Of a DNA stretch of 64,000 bases, positions 28,740-38,903 are shown one piece after another. Source of the stretch: Candidatus Margulisiibacteriota bacterium. GTDB taxonomy: Bacteria; Margulisbacteria; Marinamargulisbacteria; JBFWNS01. The translations under genes were made by a program, and so were the position numbers. The DNA is taken from the NCBI GenBank assembly GCA_050250935.1, contig JBFWNS010000006.1, positions 92,789-156,788 on the forward strand, given 5' to 3'. A model generated the notes under the pieces. It was given only the letters and a program-made list of their open reading frames with translations. It ran no database searches and was not told the origin of the DNA. How positions within the stretch are numbered: the stretch's first letter is position 1; the number at the start of each line of letters is the position of its first letter.

Positions 28740-29512
28740 TGGCTCAACACCCCCTTCTTGCGCCCATTAAAACGGCCCTTGTTCCCCTTCAAGACAAGCT
28801 TCGTAACCATCCCGTTTATGCGGCTTTAAACACCCCAGCCGAGTTGATGGTGTTTATGAACCACCATGTTTATTCGGTGTGGGATTTTATGAATTTGCTG
28901 AAGACCCTTCAGGCTGCCTTAACCTGTGTGTCTGTTCCCTGGCGTCCAGTGCTTCATCCTGACAATGCCCGCTTGATCAACGAAATTGTCCTTGAAGAAG
29001 AAAGTGATCACATTAACGGGGCCACCACCAGCCATTTTGCTTTTTATGTGTCGGCGTTGCAGGCTTTGGACACCGGCAGTGGGATTGGGACTTTTGTGGG
29101 GCATCTGCAAGCAGGGTTGCCCTATACATCTTTAATCGAATTACCTGAAGTTCCCACAGGGGCTAAACCGTTTTTGAGGACAACCTTCGATTTGATTCAA
29201 GGTCCCTTGGTGGGCGTGGCCTCGGCCTTTACCTTTGGTCGAGAATCCCTGATTCCCACCCTGTTTTCCCAGCTGGTTAGCCAAGCGGCTGTGGCCGAAG
29301 ATCCGGCATTATCGACCTTTATGGACTACATTCACCGACATATCGAGCTGGATGGGGATGTACATTCCCACCTGGCCGAAACCATGACAGCCAACCTGAT
29401 TCAAACCCCAGCCGATGTCGAGGTCGCCATTGCAGCGGCCACCCAAGCTTTGGCCGCCAGACTGGGACTTTGGGATGCCATTTATGCAGCTTTAAAGGAG
29501 CAAAAACCATGA
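28739..29512 (+). CDS. DUF3050 family protein (heme-oxygenase-like fold)
   Basis: LRNHPVYAALNTPAELMVFMNHHVYSVWDFMNLLKTLQ matches DUF3050. Confidence 0.55.
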   Translation: MAQHPLLAPIKTALVPLQDKLRNHPVYAALNTPAELMVFMNHHVYSVWDFMNLLKTLQAALTCVSVPWRPVLHPDNARLINEIVLEEESDHINGATTSHFAFYVSALQALDTGSGIGTFVGHLQAGLPYTSLIELPEVPTGAKPFLRTTFDLIQGPLVGVASAFTFGRESLIPTLFSQLVSQAAVAEDPALSTFMDYIHRHIELDGDVHSHLAETMTANLIQTPADVEVAIAAATQALAARLGLWDAIYAALKEQKP

Positions 29513-29874
29513 AACTTTGGATTCGAATCGCGGGCGTTTTGGGGTTTTTGGGGGTGGCTTTGGGGGCGTTTGGGGCCCATGCTTTGAAAGCCACGTTTTC
29601 TGGGGACCAAACGCAGGTGTATCAAACGGCGGTACACTATCAGCTTGTCCATTGTTTGGCCTTGTTGGCCTATGGGGTTTGGGCAGAAAATAAGTCGGTT
29701 TCGGCTTGGCCAGCCTGGTGTTTTGCTGGGGGAATTGTGGTTTTTTCGGGGAGTTTGTATCTGTTGGCTTTAACCCAAATCAAGTGGTTGGGTGCCATCA
29801 CCCCGATGGGCGGGGTGATGTTCCTTTTGGGGTGGATAGGCCTTTTTGTGCAGGCTGGCTCTGCAAAAACCTAG
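29509..29874 (+). CDS. DUF423 (YgdD-like) small membrane protein
   Basis: MKLWIRIAGVLGFLGVALGAFGAHALK...AVHYQLVHCLALLA is the DUF423 signature. Start overlaps the upstream stop (ATGA). Confidence 0.65.
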   Translation: MKLWIRIAGVLGFLGVALGAFGAHALKATFSGDQTQVYQTAVHYQLVHCLALLAYGVWAENKSVSAWPAWCFAGGIVVFSGSLYLLALTQIKWLGAITPMGGVMFLLGWIGLFVQAGSAKT

Positions 29875-30431
29875 TCGCGGTCTTCGTCGGTTTGTTCGAG
29901 CTGGGTTTTGAGGTTGTTCAGGCTGTTGTCAAACTGGGTAATCATTTCCTTTTCTTGGCCGCAGCACAGGCTCATTACAAAATGAACCGCGTTAAGGGGG
30001 AAGGGCATTTTGCAGTCGATACCCATGACGACTTTGGTGTGTGTTTCGCCGATGGGTGTGGTTGTCATAAATGAATCGAATTGTGTTTTAAACGGTTTTG
30101 TAAACCGAATCTCGGTGTCCAAGCGTTCGTTAAGGGTGATGGCTTTGATTTCTTGTTCGCCAGTGCCAACATTTTTGTTGGTGCTTTCCCAAGAGGTCAC
30201 ATAACCAACCGTTCCATCGGTGCCCTTGGCATCGGTTTTCATGGTGGGGTCCATCAGCATCCAGGCATTCCAGGTGTTGCTGTTTTGAAGCAAGGTAATA
30301 TAAGAAAACACATCGGCAACAGGTCGATCGATGACAATTTCTCGCTCCAAGTGATAGTTTCTTGGGGCTAAAAGTCCAAGGCCAGCAACCAGAACGATCA
30401 ACACCAACACAATACGCAGTGCAATTTTCAT
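29871..30431 (-). CDS. SRPBCC (START/Bet v1-like, polyketide-cyclase-like) protein with an N-terminal TM/signal anchor
   Basis: MKIALRIVLVLIVLVAGLGLLAPRNYHLEREIVIDRPVADVFSYI has the SRPBCC layout. Start is taken at ATG 30431 rather than the longer ORF. Confidence 0.5.
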   Translation of the reverse strand: MKIALRIVLVLIVLVAGLGLLAPRNYHLEREIVIDRPVADVFSYITLLQNSNTWNAWMLMDPTMKTDAKGTDGTVGYVTSWESTNKNVGTGEQEIKAITLNERLDTEIRFTKPFKTQFDSFMTTTPIGETHTKVVMGIDCKMPFPLNAVHFVMSLCCGQEKEMITQFDNSLNNLKTQLEQTDEDRD

Positions 30432-30522
30432 GGGGAAAATCCTTTCCAAATCTGGGGATGGCCTATGGTGTTCTTTTTTTGAGAATTTGTCTAGTTTTTT
30501 TGTCTGAATCGGGTTTGTGGGG

Positions 30523-31914
30523 TTATCGAATTCGGAACGCAGCCACCGAGGCCATCGCTGCAAAGACAGCGCCCACCACAAAGGCCCAATGATAGCCACT
30601 GGTTAGGGCCGATAAAACGGGGGTACCAAGGCTTAAGACCGCTTCATATCGCGCAGCGGAGATACTGGCTAGGATGGCCAACCCCAAAGCGCCCCCCATC
30701 ATAAAGGCTGTGTTGACCACGCCGGAAGCCAGCCCTGATTCGTGTTCGGGCACCCCGTTCATGGCGGCCAATAAGAGCGGGTTCAAGGCGGTTCCACCTC
30801 CCAGTCCCAAACACATCATGGCAGGGAAAATATGAAGCCAAAACTGACCTTTTACGGGGGCAAAGGCAAAGAGTCCCAATCCGATGGCCACGAAAGCCAT
30901 CCCCACAATAATAGGCTTTTTAAGGCCAAACTTTCCAACCAATTTGGCCGAAATGCCCAAGGAAAACAGGGCCATGGTGATGTTGGCAGGCAAAAAAGCG
31001 AGCCCCACTTTTAGGGGCGAATACCCCAACACCATTTGCATGTAGAGGGCCGATAGAAAAAACCAGGCAAACATGCCAGCCGACCACAACACCCCAATGA
31101 TATTCGCGGTTCGCAAATTTCCGAATTTAAACAAATGCAGGGGCATTAAAGGGGCTTTAACTTTGGCTTCGATGGCTAAAAACAAGGCAAACAGTCCCGC
31201 AGCCACCCCAATGAATCCCAGGGTATGGGCCGATAGCCAGCCCATTTCGTTGCCCTTGATAATGCCATAGACCGCCAACATTAACGACGAGGTGATGGTG
31301 ATGGCCCCACCCCAATCCAAGCGGTGGGGGTCGATGGCTTTGTTCCCGGCGGGAAGAAGCATCCGCACCAATAGCATCACCAAAATCCCGATGGGGACAT
31401 TCACCAGAAACACCCAGTGCCAGTTCAAGGTATTGGTTAACAACCCACCCAAAAACACCCCCACACTACCGCCACCCGCCATGACAAACCCGAAAACCCC
31501 CATGGCTTTGGCCCGTTCGGCTTCGTCGGTAAACAGATTCATAATCAAAGACAAAGCAACCGCCGAAACCACAGCCCCGCCAATGCCTTGTAAAGCTCGG
31601 GTGGCCACCAGCATTTCTTCGCTGACGGACACCCCGCAACCCAAAGAGGCCAGGGTAAAGAGGGCTAATCCTGCAATAAACAAGCGCCGGTATCCAAACA
31701 AATCCCCCAAACGCCCACCCAATAATAAAAACCCGCCAAAGGTTAACATGTAGGCATTAATCACCCATACCAATCCGGTTTGAGAAAACCCCAAACTGGC
31801 TTGAATCGAGGGTAAGGCCACATTGACGATGGTGGTGTCGAGTACGATCATAAAATCGCCCAGGCATAGCACGAATAAAGCCAGCCAGCGGTTGGTGGGT
31901 TTGGACATAGGCAC
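30523..31914 (-). CDS. MFS transporter, DHA2 (14-TMS EmrB/QacA-like) drug:H+ antiporter family
   Basis: 463 aa with 14 predicted TMs, LALFVLCLGDFMIVLDTTIVNVALPSI, and GxLxDxxGxRR motif A (GGRLGDLFGYRR). Confidence 0.75.
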   Translation of the reverse strand: MPMSKPTNRWLALFVLCLGDFMIVLDTTIVNVALPSIQASLGFSQTGLVWVINAYMLTFGGFLLLGGRLGDLFGYRRLFIAGLALFTLASLGCGVSVSEEMLVATRALQGIGGAVVSAVALSLIMNLFTDEAERAKAMGVFGFVMAGGGSVGVFLGGLLTNTLNWHWVFLVNVPIGILVMLLVRMLLPAGNKAIDPHRLDWGGAITITSSLMLAVYGIIKGNEMGWLSAHTLGFIGVAAGLFALFLAIEAKVKAPLMPLHLFKFGNLRTANIIGVLWSAGMFAWFFLSALYMQMVLGYSPLKVGLAFLPANITMALFSLGISAKLVGKFGLKKPIIVGMAFVAIGLGLFAFAPVKGQFWLHIFPAMMCLGLGGGTALNPLLLAAMNGVPEHESGLASGVVNTAFMMGGALGLAILASISAARYEAVLSLGTPVLSALTSGYHWAFVVGAVFAAMASVAAFRIR

Positions 31915-32092
31915 TCCTTTTGAAGCAGGAAAAATCGAAAAAAGGGTGTCAGTATAGCCTTAAAGGGGGTGTTGTGCCAATTGTGAGCCTTTGGTTTTTT
32001 GGCAGAATTTCACTGTGTTAAAGAAATTTCTGGGATTAAAGCCTATTGTTTGGTAGTTTTGGTGAAGTTTTTGTCAAAAAAGGAAGTCTTAA

Positions 32093-33190
32093 ATGATGCA
32101 CAAATTGATTAGTCTTGCTTTCTCTTCTGATGTTGCAGAACCCCTGTCTTTAGCCGCGCTTTCCCAATTGGTGTTGGCCCAACAAAATCGGTTAGCGGTT
32201 TTGGAGCAGCAGCTTGTTCAAGAAGCCACCCATGACAATGTGATTTCGGCCGCAAAAATTCTCATGAGAACCTGTGTTCAGACGCAGTTTCAACCCCAGT
32301 TTGCGTTAACCGAAGGCAGTGGGGTGGATGTTTCGAGCTTGGGCCAGGAAGTATTTAGGTTGGATTTGGATGAGTTGGGGTATCCGCGTTCCGAAGTGTC
32401 AGGGCATGAAAAACGGTTTGTAAGGGGGTTGATGATTGAAGGGAAGCATGTGTTGGTATTACCTCGGTTTCACCCTTATGAAAAGAAAGAAAATCAGGCC
32501 TATGCAGTTGACAATGCCCTTCGCAAAAATACATTTGGCGCTAGATTGGCCAGTTTGGTGGGGGTGGAAACCATGGTGTTTACAACAGCCTGTGGTGTGA
32601 TTTATTCCCGAGAACAAGATGGACAATCCGATTTGCCAGTTCAGTTGGGCAACGTGTTTTCGATTGACCAGTTTGTTACGGTGGGGCAGACCTTTGGGGT
32701 GTTGGACCCTTCCGAGGTTTTAAAAGGGTTTTATGCAAAAGGCGTTGCTGCAAGTTCAGAATGGGGTAGTCAGTTAAAAGCCCCTCGTTCGGATCGAAAT
32801 TATTTTGATTCTTTTCCCCAACCCGATAAAGATTTGTCAGCACAAGCACGGCAGGCACCGACTTTGGATGCCAAAGTGGCCATTCGTCATATTCAAACCC
32901 CTGGCCCAAATTATGAAGAGCGTGGGGTTAAGCAGGCCTTAATGGTTTATGCCCGTCCCGGTCAGCCTGTTGCGGTGTCGATGAGCACCCAATCCGAAGC
33001 CATTGCGGCTGGGTTCTTGGGGATCAAAACAGTTGCCTTTGGTATTGCCACCAACATCGAATACGGCGATGCCGAACATAAGGCCCCCAACCATGCCGAA
33101 GTCAAAGAACAAGTCGGGCATGCAAGTTCTCGGTTAAATATCATTCTGGCAGAATTCTTTAAGGGTGCTGCTGGGCCGGTTAAGACTTAA
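32093..33190 (+). CDS. Purine nucleoside phosphorylase/MTA phosphorylase family (PNP family 2) homolog with ~100-aa N-terminal extension
   Basis: PRFHPYEK (cf. GRFHMYEG), [17 protein letters not shown] (cf. LGVDTLVVTNAAGGLN), and [33 protein letters not shown]...HAEVKEQ (cf. DAVGMSTVPEVIVARH...ITNKV...HEEVL). Confidence 0.7.
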   Translation: MMHKLISLAFSSDVAEPLSLAALSQLVLAQQNRLAVLEQQLVQEATHDNVISAAKILMRTCVQTQFQPQFALTEGSGVDVSSLGQEVFRLDLDELGYPRSEVSGHEKRFVRGLMIEGKHVLVLPRFHPYEKKENQAYAVDNALRKNTFGARLASLVGVETMVFTTACGVIYSREQDGQSDLPVQLGNVFSIDQFVTVGQTFGVLDPSEVLKGFYAKGVAASSEWGSQLKAPRSDRNYFDSFPQPDKDLSAQARQAPTLDAKVAIRHIQTPGPNYEERGVKQALMVYARPGQPVAVSMSTQSEAIAAGFLGIKTVAFGIATNIEYGDAEHKAPNHAEVKEQVGHASSRLNIILAEFFKGAAGPVKT

Positions 33191-33941
33191 TCCGATACCC
33201 CGTTTTAAAGATCACGGCGATGGTGGCCAGGCAGGTGAGCATAAACAGGCTCATCATGCCCAGGCTTAGGCCGAGGTTAACATCGGCCAGATTGTAAAAA
33301 CTCCAGCGAAAGGCGCTGATTAAGTACACAATCGGGTTTAAAAGCGATAGTTTTTGAAACAAGGGGGGCAACATAGAAATCGAATAAAAACTGCCGCCCA
33401 AAAAGGTCAGGGGGGTAATGACCATCATGGGCACAATTTGAAGTTTTTCAAACCCGTCGGCCCAAATGCCTAAGATAAATCCAAACAAACAAAAGGTGAT
33501 GGAGGTTAGGGTTAAAATCAGGATCATCCAAAACGGATGGGCAATCGAAAACGGGACAAACAGGCGGGCTGTTCCCAAAATCACCAACCCTAAAATCATG
33601 GATTTTGTTGCGGCCGCACCCACATAGCCGGCCACAATTTCAAGCGGTGATAAAGGGGCGGATAAGACTTCGTAAATGGTGCCTGTAAATCGGGGCAAAT
33701 AGATGCCAAACGAGGCGTTGGACAAACTTTCTGTCAGCACCGATAACAGCAACAATCCGGGCACGATGAAGGCTGCAAAAGACACCCCGTTCATGTCGCT
33801 CATTCTGGATCCGATGGCGGAGCCGAACACAATAAAATACAGCGACGTTGAAATCACCGGTGTGGCCAAACTGCCCAAAATGGTTCTTAAAAACCGAGAC
33901 AACTCAAAATGATACAGCGCTTTTATCCCATAAAAATTCAT
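33180..33941 (-). CDS. ABC-2 type transporter permease
   Basis: 253 aa with 6 TMs and an ABC-2 family layout. Translationally coupled to the upstream ATPase. Confidence 0.7.
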   Translation of the reverse strand: MNFYGIKALYHFELSRFLRTILGSLATPVISTSLYFIVFGSAIGSRMSDMNGVSFAAFIVPGLLLLSVLTESLSNASFGIYLPRFTGTIYEVLSAPLSPLEIVAGYVGAAATKSMILGLVILGTARLFVPFSIAHPFWMILILTLTSITFCLFGFILGIWADGFEKLQIVPMMVITPLTFLGGSFYSISMLPPLFQKLSLLNPIVYLISAFRWSFYNLADVNLGLSLGMMSLFMLTCLATIAVIFKTGYRIKS

Positions 33942-34864
33942 GATTTTGCTCCCACCAGATTCACAAAAATATCTTCCAAAGAGCTTTGTTCGGTTTCCAA
34001 ATCCCGATAGGCAATGCCCAGTTCACCCAAGGTTTGTAAGAAGGTCGAAATGCCCGTATCGTCGCTTTTGCTTTCAAAGCTGTAGGCCAGGTGAAGGCCA
34101 TCTTCGGAAAGGCTGATGTTATCGGCAACCAAGGCTGGCGGCAGACTTGTTAAAGGGGTCATTAAGGCAGCGGTGATCTTTTTTTGACCCAGGCGTTTGA
34201 TCAGGGTGGTTTTGTCTTCGACCAACATCAAATTCCCTTTGTTAATCACGCCAATGCGGTCGGCCATTTCTTCGGCTTCTTCAATATAATGGGTGGTTAA
34301 AATGATAGTGACACCAGTTTCGCGCAACTGCCGAACCAAATTCCACATGTCCCGGCGCAATTCCACATCGACGCCTGCGGTGGGTTCGTCCAAAAACAAC
34401 ACCTTGGGTTCGTGGGACAAGGCTTTGGCAATCATGACCCGGCGTTTCATGCCGCCAGATAGTTCTCGGATTTTGTTGTTGCGTTTTTCCCACAACGACA
34501 GATCTTTAAGGATTTTTTCGATATACGCTGGATTGGGGGCTTTGCCAAAGAGGCCTCGGCTTAAACTGACGGTATCCCACACCTTTTCGAACATGTCGGT
34601 GGAGAGTTCTTGGGGAACCAAGCCAATATGGGTTCGGGTTTGGCGATAGTCGCGTAAGATGTCGAATCCATCCACCGTTACGCTGCCACTGGTGGGGTTT
34701 ACAATGCCGCAAACGATGCTGATCAGGGTGGTTTTGCCCGCACCGTTGGGGCCTAATAAGGCAAAAATTTCGCCGCGGTTAATGGCTAGGCTTACCGTTT
34801 GCAAGGCTTTAAACCCAGCCGCATAGGTTTTGTTTAGATTGGTGATTGAAATAATGGGAGTCAT
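33938..34864 (-). CDS. ABC transporter ATP-binding protein
   Basis: Walker [10 protein letters not shown], signature LSGGMKRR, Walker [12 protein letters not shown]. Confidence 0.85.
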   Translation of the reverse strand: MTPIISITNLNKTYAAGFKALQTVSLAINRGEIFALLGPNGAGKTTLISIVCGIVNPTSGSVTVDGFDILRDYRQTRTHIGLVPQELSTDMFEKVWDTVSLSRGLFGKAPNPAYIEKILKDLSLWEKRNNKIRELSGGMKRRVMIAKALSHEPKVLFLDEPTAGVDVELRRDMWNLVRQLRETGVTIILTTHYIEEAEEMADRIGVINKGNLMLVEDKTTLIKRLGQKKITAALMTPLTSLPPALVADNISLSEDGLHLAYSFESKSDDTGISTFLQTLGELGIAYRDLETEQSSLEDIFVNLVGAKS

Positions 34865-34875
34865 GGGACGACATC

Positions 34876-35658
34876 ATGCCATGGGCAAGTTGCCTGTGCA
34901 ATGGTATTTTCAGCAGCATGCGCCGGCAACTTTCTGTGCGATTTTTATCGGATGGCAGCGTGATTCAGCACCTGGGGGCTTTGGAAAATCCCAAGTTGGT
35001 GGTGATCTTGGGCCGGGAAGATGTCGAGCGAGACAATGGGGTTTTTGGGTTGTTGTATCAGCCCCTTTTAGACGAGGGCTATACCCTGATTTGGTATGAA
35101 TTTTACAGCCGGTATTTGGCGGCCAGGCTTGCGGACCCTTTTGGAGACCTTTCCCCAAAACCGGCTTGGATTCGGCGGGTTTTGGGGGGCGTTCGTTTGC
35201 TAGCGTATCGATCGTTTTGGGGTAAATTGTGGAAAAGTAGGTCCGTCCCTTGGCCATCTTTTGAAGACCGGTATGACAGTGTTCGGCAGTTTTTTGCAAC
35301 ATTTCCAGGTGGACAATCGAGCTTGGTGGTTTTGTCTCGGTCTAGCGGTGGCGTGGTTGCTTCCACTTTGGCCGAATCGGTTGGCATTCACCGCATCGTT
35401 TGTGCGGGATATCCTTTTAAACATCCCCAAAAGCCTGAAGAAGTCTATCGGACCCAACATTTGGAAACCCTCAAAACCCCTTTTTTGATTTTTCAGGGAC
35501 GGTCAGATGCGTATGGTGGCGAGGCCGCGGTAGACAGATATGCGTTGTCTGACAACATTCAAGTGCAGTGGGTGGAATCGGATCATGATTTTGGATTGAA
35601 GGCCGAGGATCAAGCACAATTTATTGCACAATCTTTGCGGTTTCTGGGGTTCGGATAA
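34876..35658 (+). CDS. Alpha/beta-hydrolase fold protein (dienelactone-hydrolase-like)
   Basis: Nucleophile elbow context ...LSRSSGGVVAS..., C-terminal ...FLIFQGRSDAYGG...DHDF with a catalytic His context. The start is uncertain; 34918 is possible. Confidence 0.5.
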   Translation: MPWASCLCNGIFSSMRRQLSVRFLSDGSVIQHLGALENPKLVVILGREDVERDNGVFGLLYQPLLDEGYTLIWYEFYSRYLAARLADPFGDLSPKPAWIRRVLGGVRLLAYRSFWGKLWKSRSVPWPSFEDRYDSVRQFFATFPGGQSSLVVLSRSSGGVVASTLAESVGIHRIVCAGYPFKHPQKPEEVYRTQHLETLKTPFLIFQGRSDAYGGEAAVDRYALSDNIQVQWVESDHDFGLKAEDQAQFIAQSLRFLGFG

Positions 35659-35720
35659 TCGGGTATACTTTCCCAATCCAGAATATATGTTTTCCATCAC
35701 AGATGGAGTAGGAGTTTCCC

Positions 35721-36773
35721 ATGTACAAATACATAGCTTGTTCGGTATCGGTTGATGTTTATCCTTTTGATGGCGGGCAGCACCGGGTTGGCACACGGGA
35801 TGGTTGGGAAAAATTGGATTTAGGGCCAGGGACCACTATTTATCACGAGGTGGATCATGGTAGTGGGTATGACGGGTATGGGCTTGATGACACTCACTAT
35901 CCCCAAAGACCTCCGGTTTTAAGCGCTTGGGAGCCTTATATGTGGAATCCGCAAAGCCTTATGGACAATACCCGGCGTTTGTTTGATATTGCCTCCCAGA
36001 CGCCACTTAATCCACACCATCGCCGGGTAACCATTTTGGGCGATCATTCAATGGCGGCTGCAACCACGTTGGCCAGCTTACATCGTTTTTCAGGTGACCC
36101 TGTTTATGTGGTGATGGTGGATGCCCACGGGGATGTCAATTCGCCTGAAATTTCTCCGTCTGGAAATTGTCATGGCATGTGGTTGGGCGCGATGACGATG
36201 GGCACGGAATTGTTGTATGCCTCGCATCCGGCGTATGCCAATGGTATGAAGATAATTGATTTGGAGGAACTAAGGCCCCTCATCAATTTTGGTGAAAAGC
36301 CTTTTGCTTATCGTGGTAAAACGTGGCTTCCTCAAGTGGCGCCTTTACATCCCAGAAATTTAACTATGTTTGGCACCACCAGTTTGGACTCTTTGGAAGC
36401 TGTCACCTTACACGCTTATAAACTAGCGGGTGCACGGGTATACACACCCGAAGACATTGAGCATTTGGGGGTAGAACGTGTGTTGTCGGAGCTTCAATCT
36501 CAATTAGGTGGGCAACTGACCCACTTGAGTTTGGATGTGGATGTGACCTCCAATGTTCCTTGCGAGGGCCAAGAAACGGGCATGCAATGCACGGGAACCC
36601 CTGAAGGGAAGGTGCCATTCCCTGTGGTAAAACGCTTTTTAGAAGGTGTTCGTGATATGAGTGATTTGGTTGGGGCTGATATGTCCGAAATGAATCCCAG
36701 ACTTCGGCCAGAACATTTAGAAGGCAACCGCGAGATGTGGCAAGCGTATTTCGATGCCTTGACCAGAATTTAG
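35721..36773 (+). CDS. Arginase/agmatinase/formiminoglutamase (ureohydrolase) family protein, divergent
   Basis: GDHSMAAA (GGDHS-like), VDAHGD (DAHxD), SLDVDV (SxDxD). There is a ~60-aa N-terminal extension, and the third motif is followed by an unusual Cys-containing insert. Confidence 0.6.
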   Translation: MYKYIACSVSVDVYPFDGGQHRVGTRDGWEKLDLGPGTTIYHEVDHGSGYDGYGLDDTHYPQRPPVLSAWEPYMWNPQSLMDNTRRLFDIASQTPLNPHHRRVTILGDHSMAAATTLASLHRFSGDPVYVVMVDAHGDVNSPEISPSGNCHGMWLGAMTMGTELLYASHPAYANGMKIIDLEELRPLINFGEKPFAYRGKTWLPQVAPLHPRNLTMFGTTSLDSLEAVTLHAYKLAGARVYTPEDIEHLGVERVLSELQSQLGGQLTHLSLDVDVTSNVPCEGQETGMQCTGTPEGKVPFPVVKRFLEGVRDMSDLVGADMSEMNPRLRPEHLEGNREMWQAYFDALTRI

Positions 36774-36837
36774 TTGGGGGTTACTCCACGGGTTTTGGTC
36801 TATAATCATTCAAATCTAAGCTGAAAGGATAACCAAA

Positions 36838-37674
36838 ATGATGATGGTTTTAGTTTTGATAGTTATTGCTTTTGTATTAAGTGGACTTCGTATTGTTCGG
36901 CCTACACACAGGGGTTTGATTGAACGTTTGGGGAAATATAATCGGTTTGCTATGCCCGGCTTAAATTTAACCATTCCCATCATTGAAAGCATGTATAAAG
37001 TGAATGTGACCGAGCAAATGGTGGATGCTGAACCCCAAGAGATTATTACCTTTGATAATTTGAATGCTGTGGTGGATGCCCAAGTGTATTTTAAAATCAG
37101 GGTTGATGAAGAACATGTTAAAAATTCTCAATATAATGTCAGCAACGTCAACAGCCAGATTGTAAGTTTGGCCAGAACCACGTTGCGCAATATCATTGGG
37201 ACGTTGACTTTAAAATCGGCAAACAATGAACGGGGACGCATCAACACCGAGTTGCTGCAGGTGTTAACCCAAGAAACCCAAAGCTGGGGCATTGAAATGG
37301 TTCGTGCAGAACTTAAGCAAATTGATCCCCCCAAAGATGTTCAAGAGACCATGAATAAAATTGTTAAAGCCGAAAATGAAAAATTGGCTGCTGTGGATTA
37401 TGCAACAGCCCAAGAAACCAAGGCCGATGGTCAGAAACGGGCGGCCATTAAAGTGGCAGAAGGCGAAGCAGAGGCCATTCGGTTGGTTAATGAAGCCGCT
37501 AATCGGTATTTTGTAGGCAATGCTCAGGTATTGAAGCGATTGGAAACGGTTGAAAAAGCATTGGGTAACAATGCCAAAATTATTGTTCCCTCGGGTTCTG
37601 GGCTTACCAATGTGATTGGCGATTTGGCGGGACTTGCCCGGCCGACAGAACCTGACCCGGTTGAGTTTGGTTAG
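36838..37674 (+). CDS. SPFH/band-7 (stomatin/HflC-like) membrane protein
   Basis: N-terminal TM, then RIVRPTHRGLIERLGKYNRFAMPGLNLTIPIIE and a coiled-coil region. Confidence 0.8.
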   Translation: MMMVLVLIVIAFVLSGLRIVRPTHRGLIERLGKYNRFAMPGLNLTIPIIESMYKVNVTEQMVDAEPQEIITFDNLNAVVDAQVYFKIRVDEEHVKNSQYNVSNVNSQIVSLARTTLRNIIGTLTLKSANNERGRINTELLQVLTQETQSWGIEMVRAELKQIDPPKDVQETMNKIVKAENEKLAAVDYATAQETKADGQKRAAIKVAEGEAEAIRLVNEAANRYFVGNAQVLKRLETVEKALGNNAKIIVPSGSGLTNVIGDLAGLARPTEPDPVEFG

Positions 37675-37834
37675 TCGCTGAGAATCACCGCATCCAACTT
37701 ATCCAACCGCCCAATCCAACCGCCCGTCATACTGATGCACCGGTTGCATACCGCCATGACCGAAACCCTGACGTTAGAACAGTTGATGATGGTGGGACAT
37801 CATGTGGCCCTGTTTGTGTACCAGTTGGAGGCGC

Positions 37835-38809
37835 CTAACTTGGGCTCGGTGCTGTTGGTGTGTGTGCAGCAGCTTGTTCAGTATTTGGCGGAGCAGGGGC
37901 TGTTAAAGCCGATGGTTCCCCGGGCGATGTTGTAGTTCTGGCGCAGTCCAAAAACCCTTGAATGTAAGGGGTTAACAGCGCTTGATGGCGAATGCCGACA
38001 TGAATGTGTTTGTGAATGCCTTGTTTACCCAACGGAAGGCCCACAATTGCAAACTGCTTTTGGTAATGCTCGATTAACCAATGGGGAAGGGCCGAAACGC
38101 CCCGTCCTGCGGCCACCAACTGCACCATTAAATCGGTGGACTCCATGGCCTTGTGTCGCTTTGGAAAGCACTGGGCCGGACTAAAAAATTGGGTAAATAT
38201 ATCCAGCCGTTCGATGGGTACTGGATAGGTAAAAATAGTTTCTTCCACCAAATCCTGAGGGGTTAAAAAGGGGGTGCCGGCTAAGCGGTGATGGGCGGCC
38301 ACCACGCCGTCAAACCGATACGCAAAAACCGGCTCAAACCGCAGTCCCGGATGCGGTATCGGGTCGGGGGTAATCAGGACATCGATGTCGTTGTTTAGCA
38401 GGGCGGCTTGCCCGTTAAATTGGAATTGCTCGGTAATGTCGAGTTCGATATCTGCAAACCGGTGCATGTAGGTTTTAAGAATTCCTGTGAGCCATTGCCG
38501 ACACGGGTGACATTCCATGCCCATGCGCAGGCGGCCCCGTTTGCCGTGGGGGTACAAGGCCAACTGGCTTTGAAGGTGCTCAAACTGGGGTAAGAGTCGA
38601 TTGGCGGCTTCCAGCACATCTAAACCGGCCGGTGTGAGTATGAGGCTACGACCTTGTTTGGTCCATAACGGCGTTTTGAGCTGGGTTTCCAGCTTTTTGA
38701 TGGTATGACTCAGGGCGGATTGGGTCAGGTTTAACAGCTTGGCCGCTGCCGTCACGGTGCCGGTGTCTTGTACAGCTTTAACAATTTCAAGATGATGTTT
38801 TTCGATCAT
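37835..38809 (-). CDS. metR: LysR-family transcriptional regulator, MetR-like (divergent from metE)
   Basis: HTH LEIVKAVQDTGTVTAAAKLLNLTQSALSHTIKKLE, a LysR substrate-binding domain, and the divergent arrangement with metE that is typical for MetR. Confidence 0.75.
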   Translation of the reverse strand: MIEKHHLEIVKAVQDTGTVTAAAKLLNLTQSALSHTIKKLETQLKTPLWTKQGRSLILTPAGLDVLEAANRLLPQFEHLQSQLALYPHGKRGRLRMGMECHPCRQWLTGILKTYMHRFADIELDITEQFQFNGQAALLNNDIDVLITPDPIPHPGLRFEPVFAYRFDGVVAAHHRLAGTPFLTPQDLVEETIFTYPVPIERLDIFTQFFSPAQCFPKRHKAMESTDLMVQLVAAGRGVSALPHWLIEHYQKQFAIVGLPLGKQGIHKHIHVGIRHQALLTPYIQGFLDCARTTTSPGEPSALTAPAPPNTEQAAAHTPTAPSPS

Positions 38810-38824
38810 TAATGGTTAGTATAA

Positions 38825-38837
38825 TGAATTTTATTCA
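38825..38837. promoter_or_regulatory. Candidate MetR box TGAA-N5-TTCA in the metR-metE divergent intergenic region
   Basis: tgaattttattca at 38825-38837 matches the MetR consensus TGAANNNNNTTCA. It sits in the 94-bp divergent promoter region. Confidence 0.45.
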
Positions 38838-38903
38838 TGAATTAAAGCCAAAGGATCATTGTTCTAAACCCCCAGTTTGTTTGTATTTTAAGGCCATACT
38901 TGA

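Noticed and set aside
34293-34649. 118-aa plus-strand ORF
   Set aside because: It is antisense to the ABC ATPase gene.
37735-37935. 66-aa plus-strand ORF
   Set aside because: It overlaps the metR 3' end antisense by ~100 nt and has no motif. It is most likely spurious; the region 37675-37834 is simply the metR downstream region.
38810-38903. Possible cobalamin riboswitch upstream of metE
   Set aside because: The intergenic region is only 94 bp and carries a MetR-type box instead. That is too short for a B12 element.
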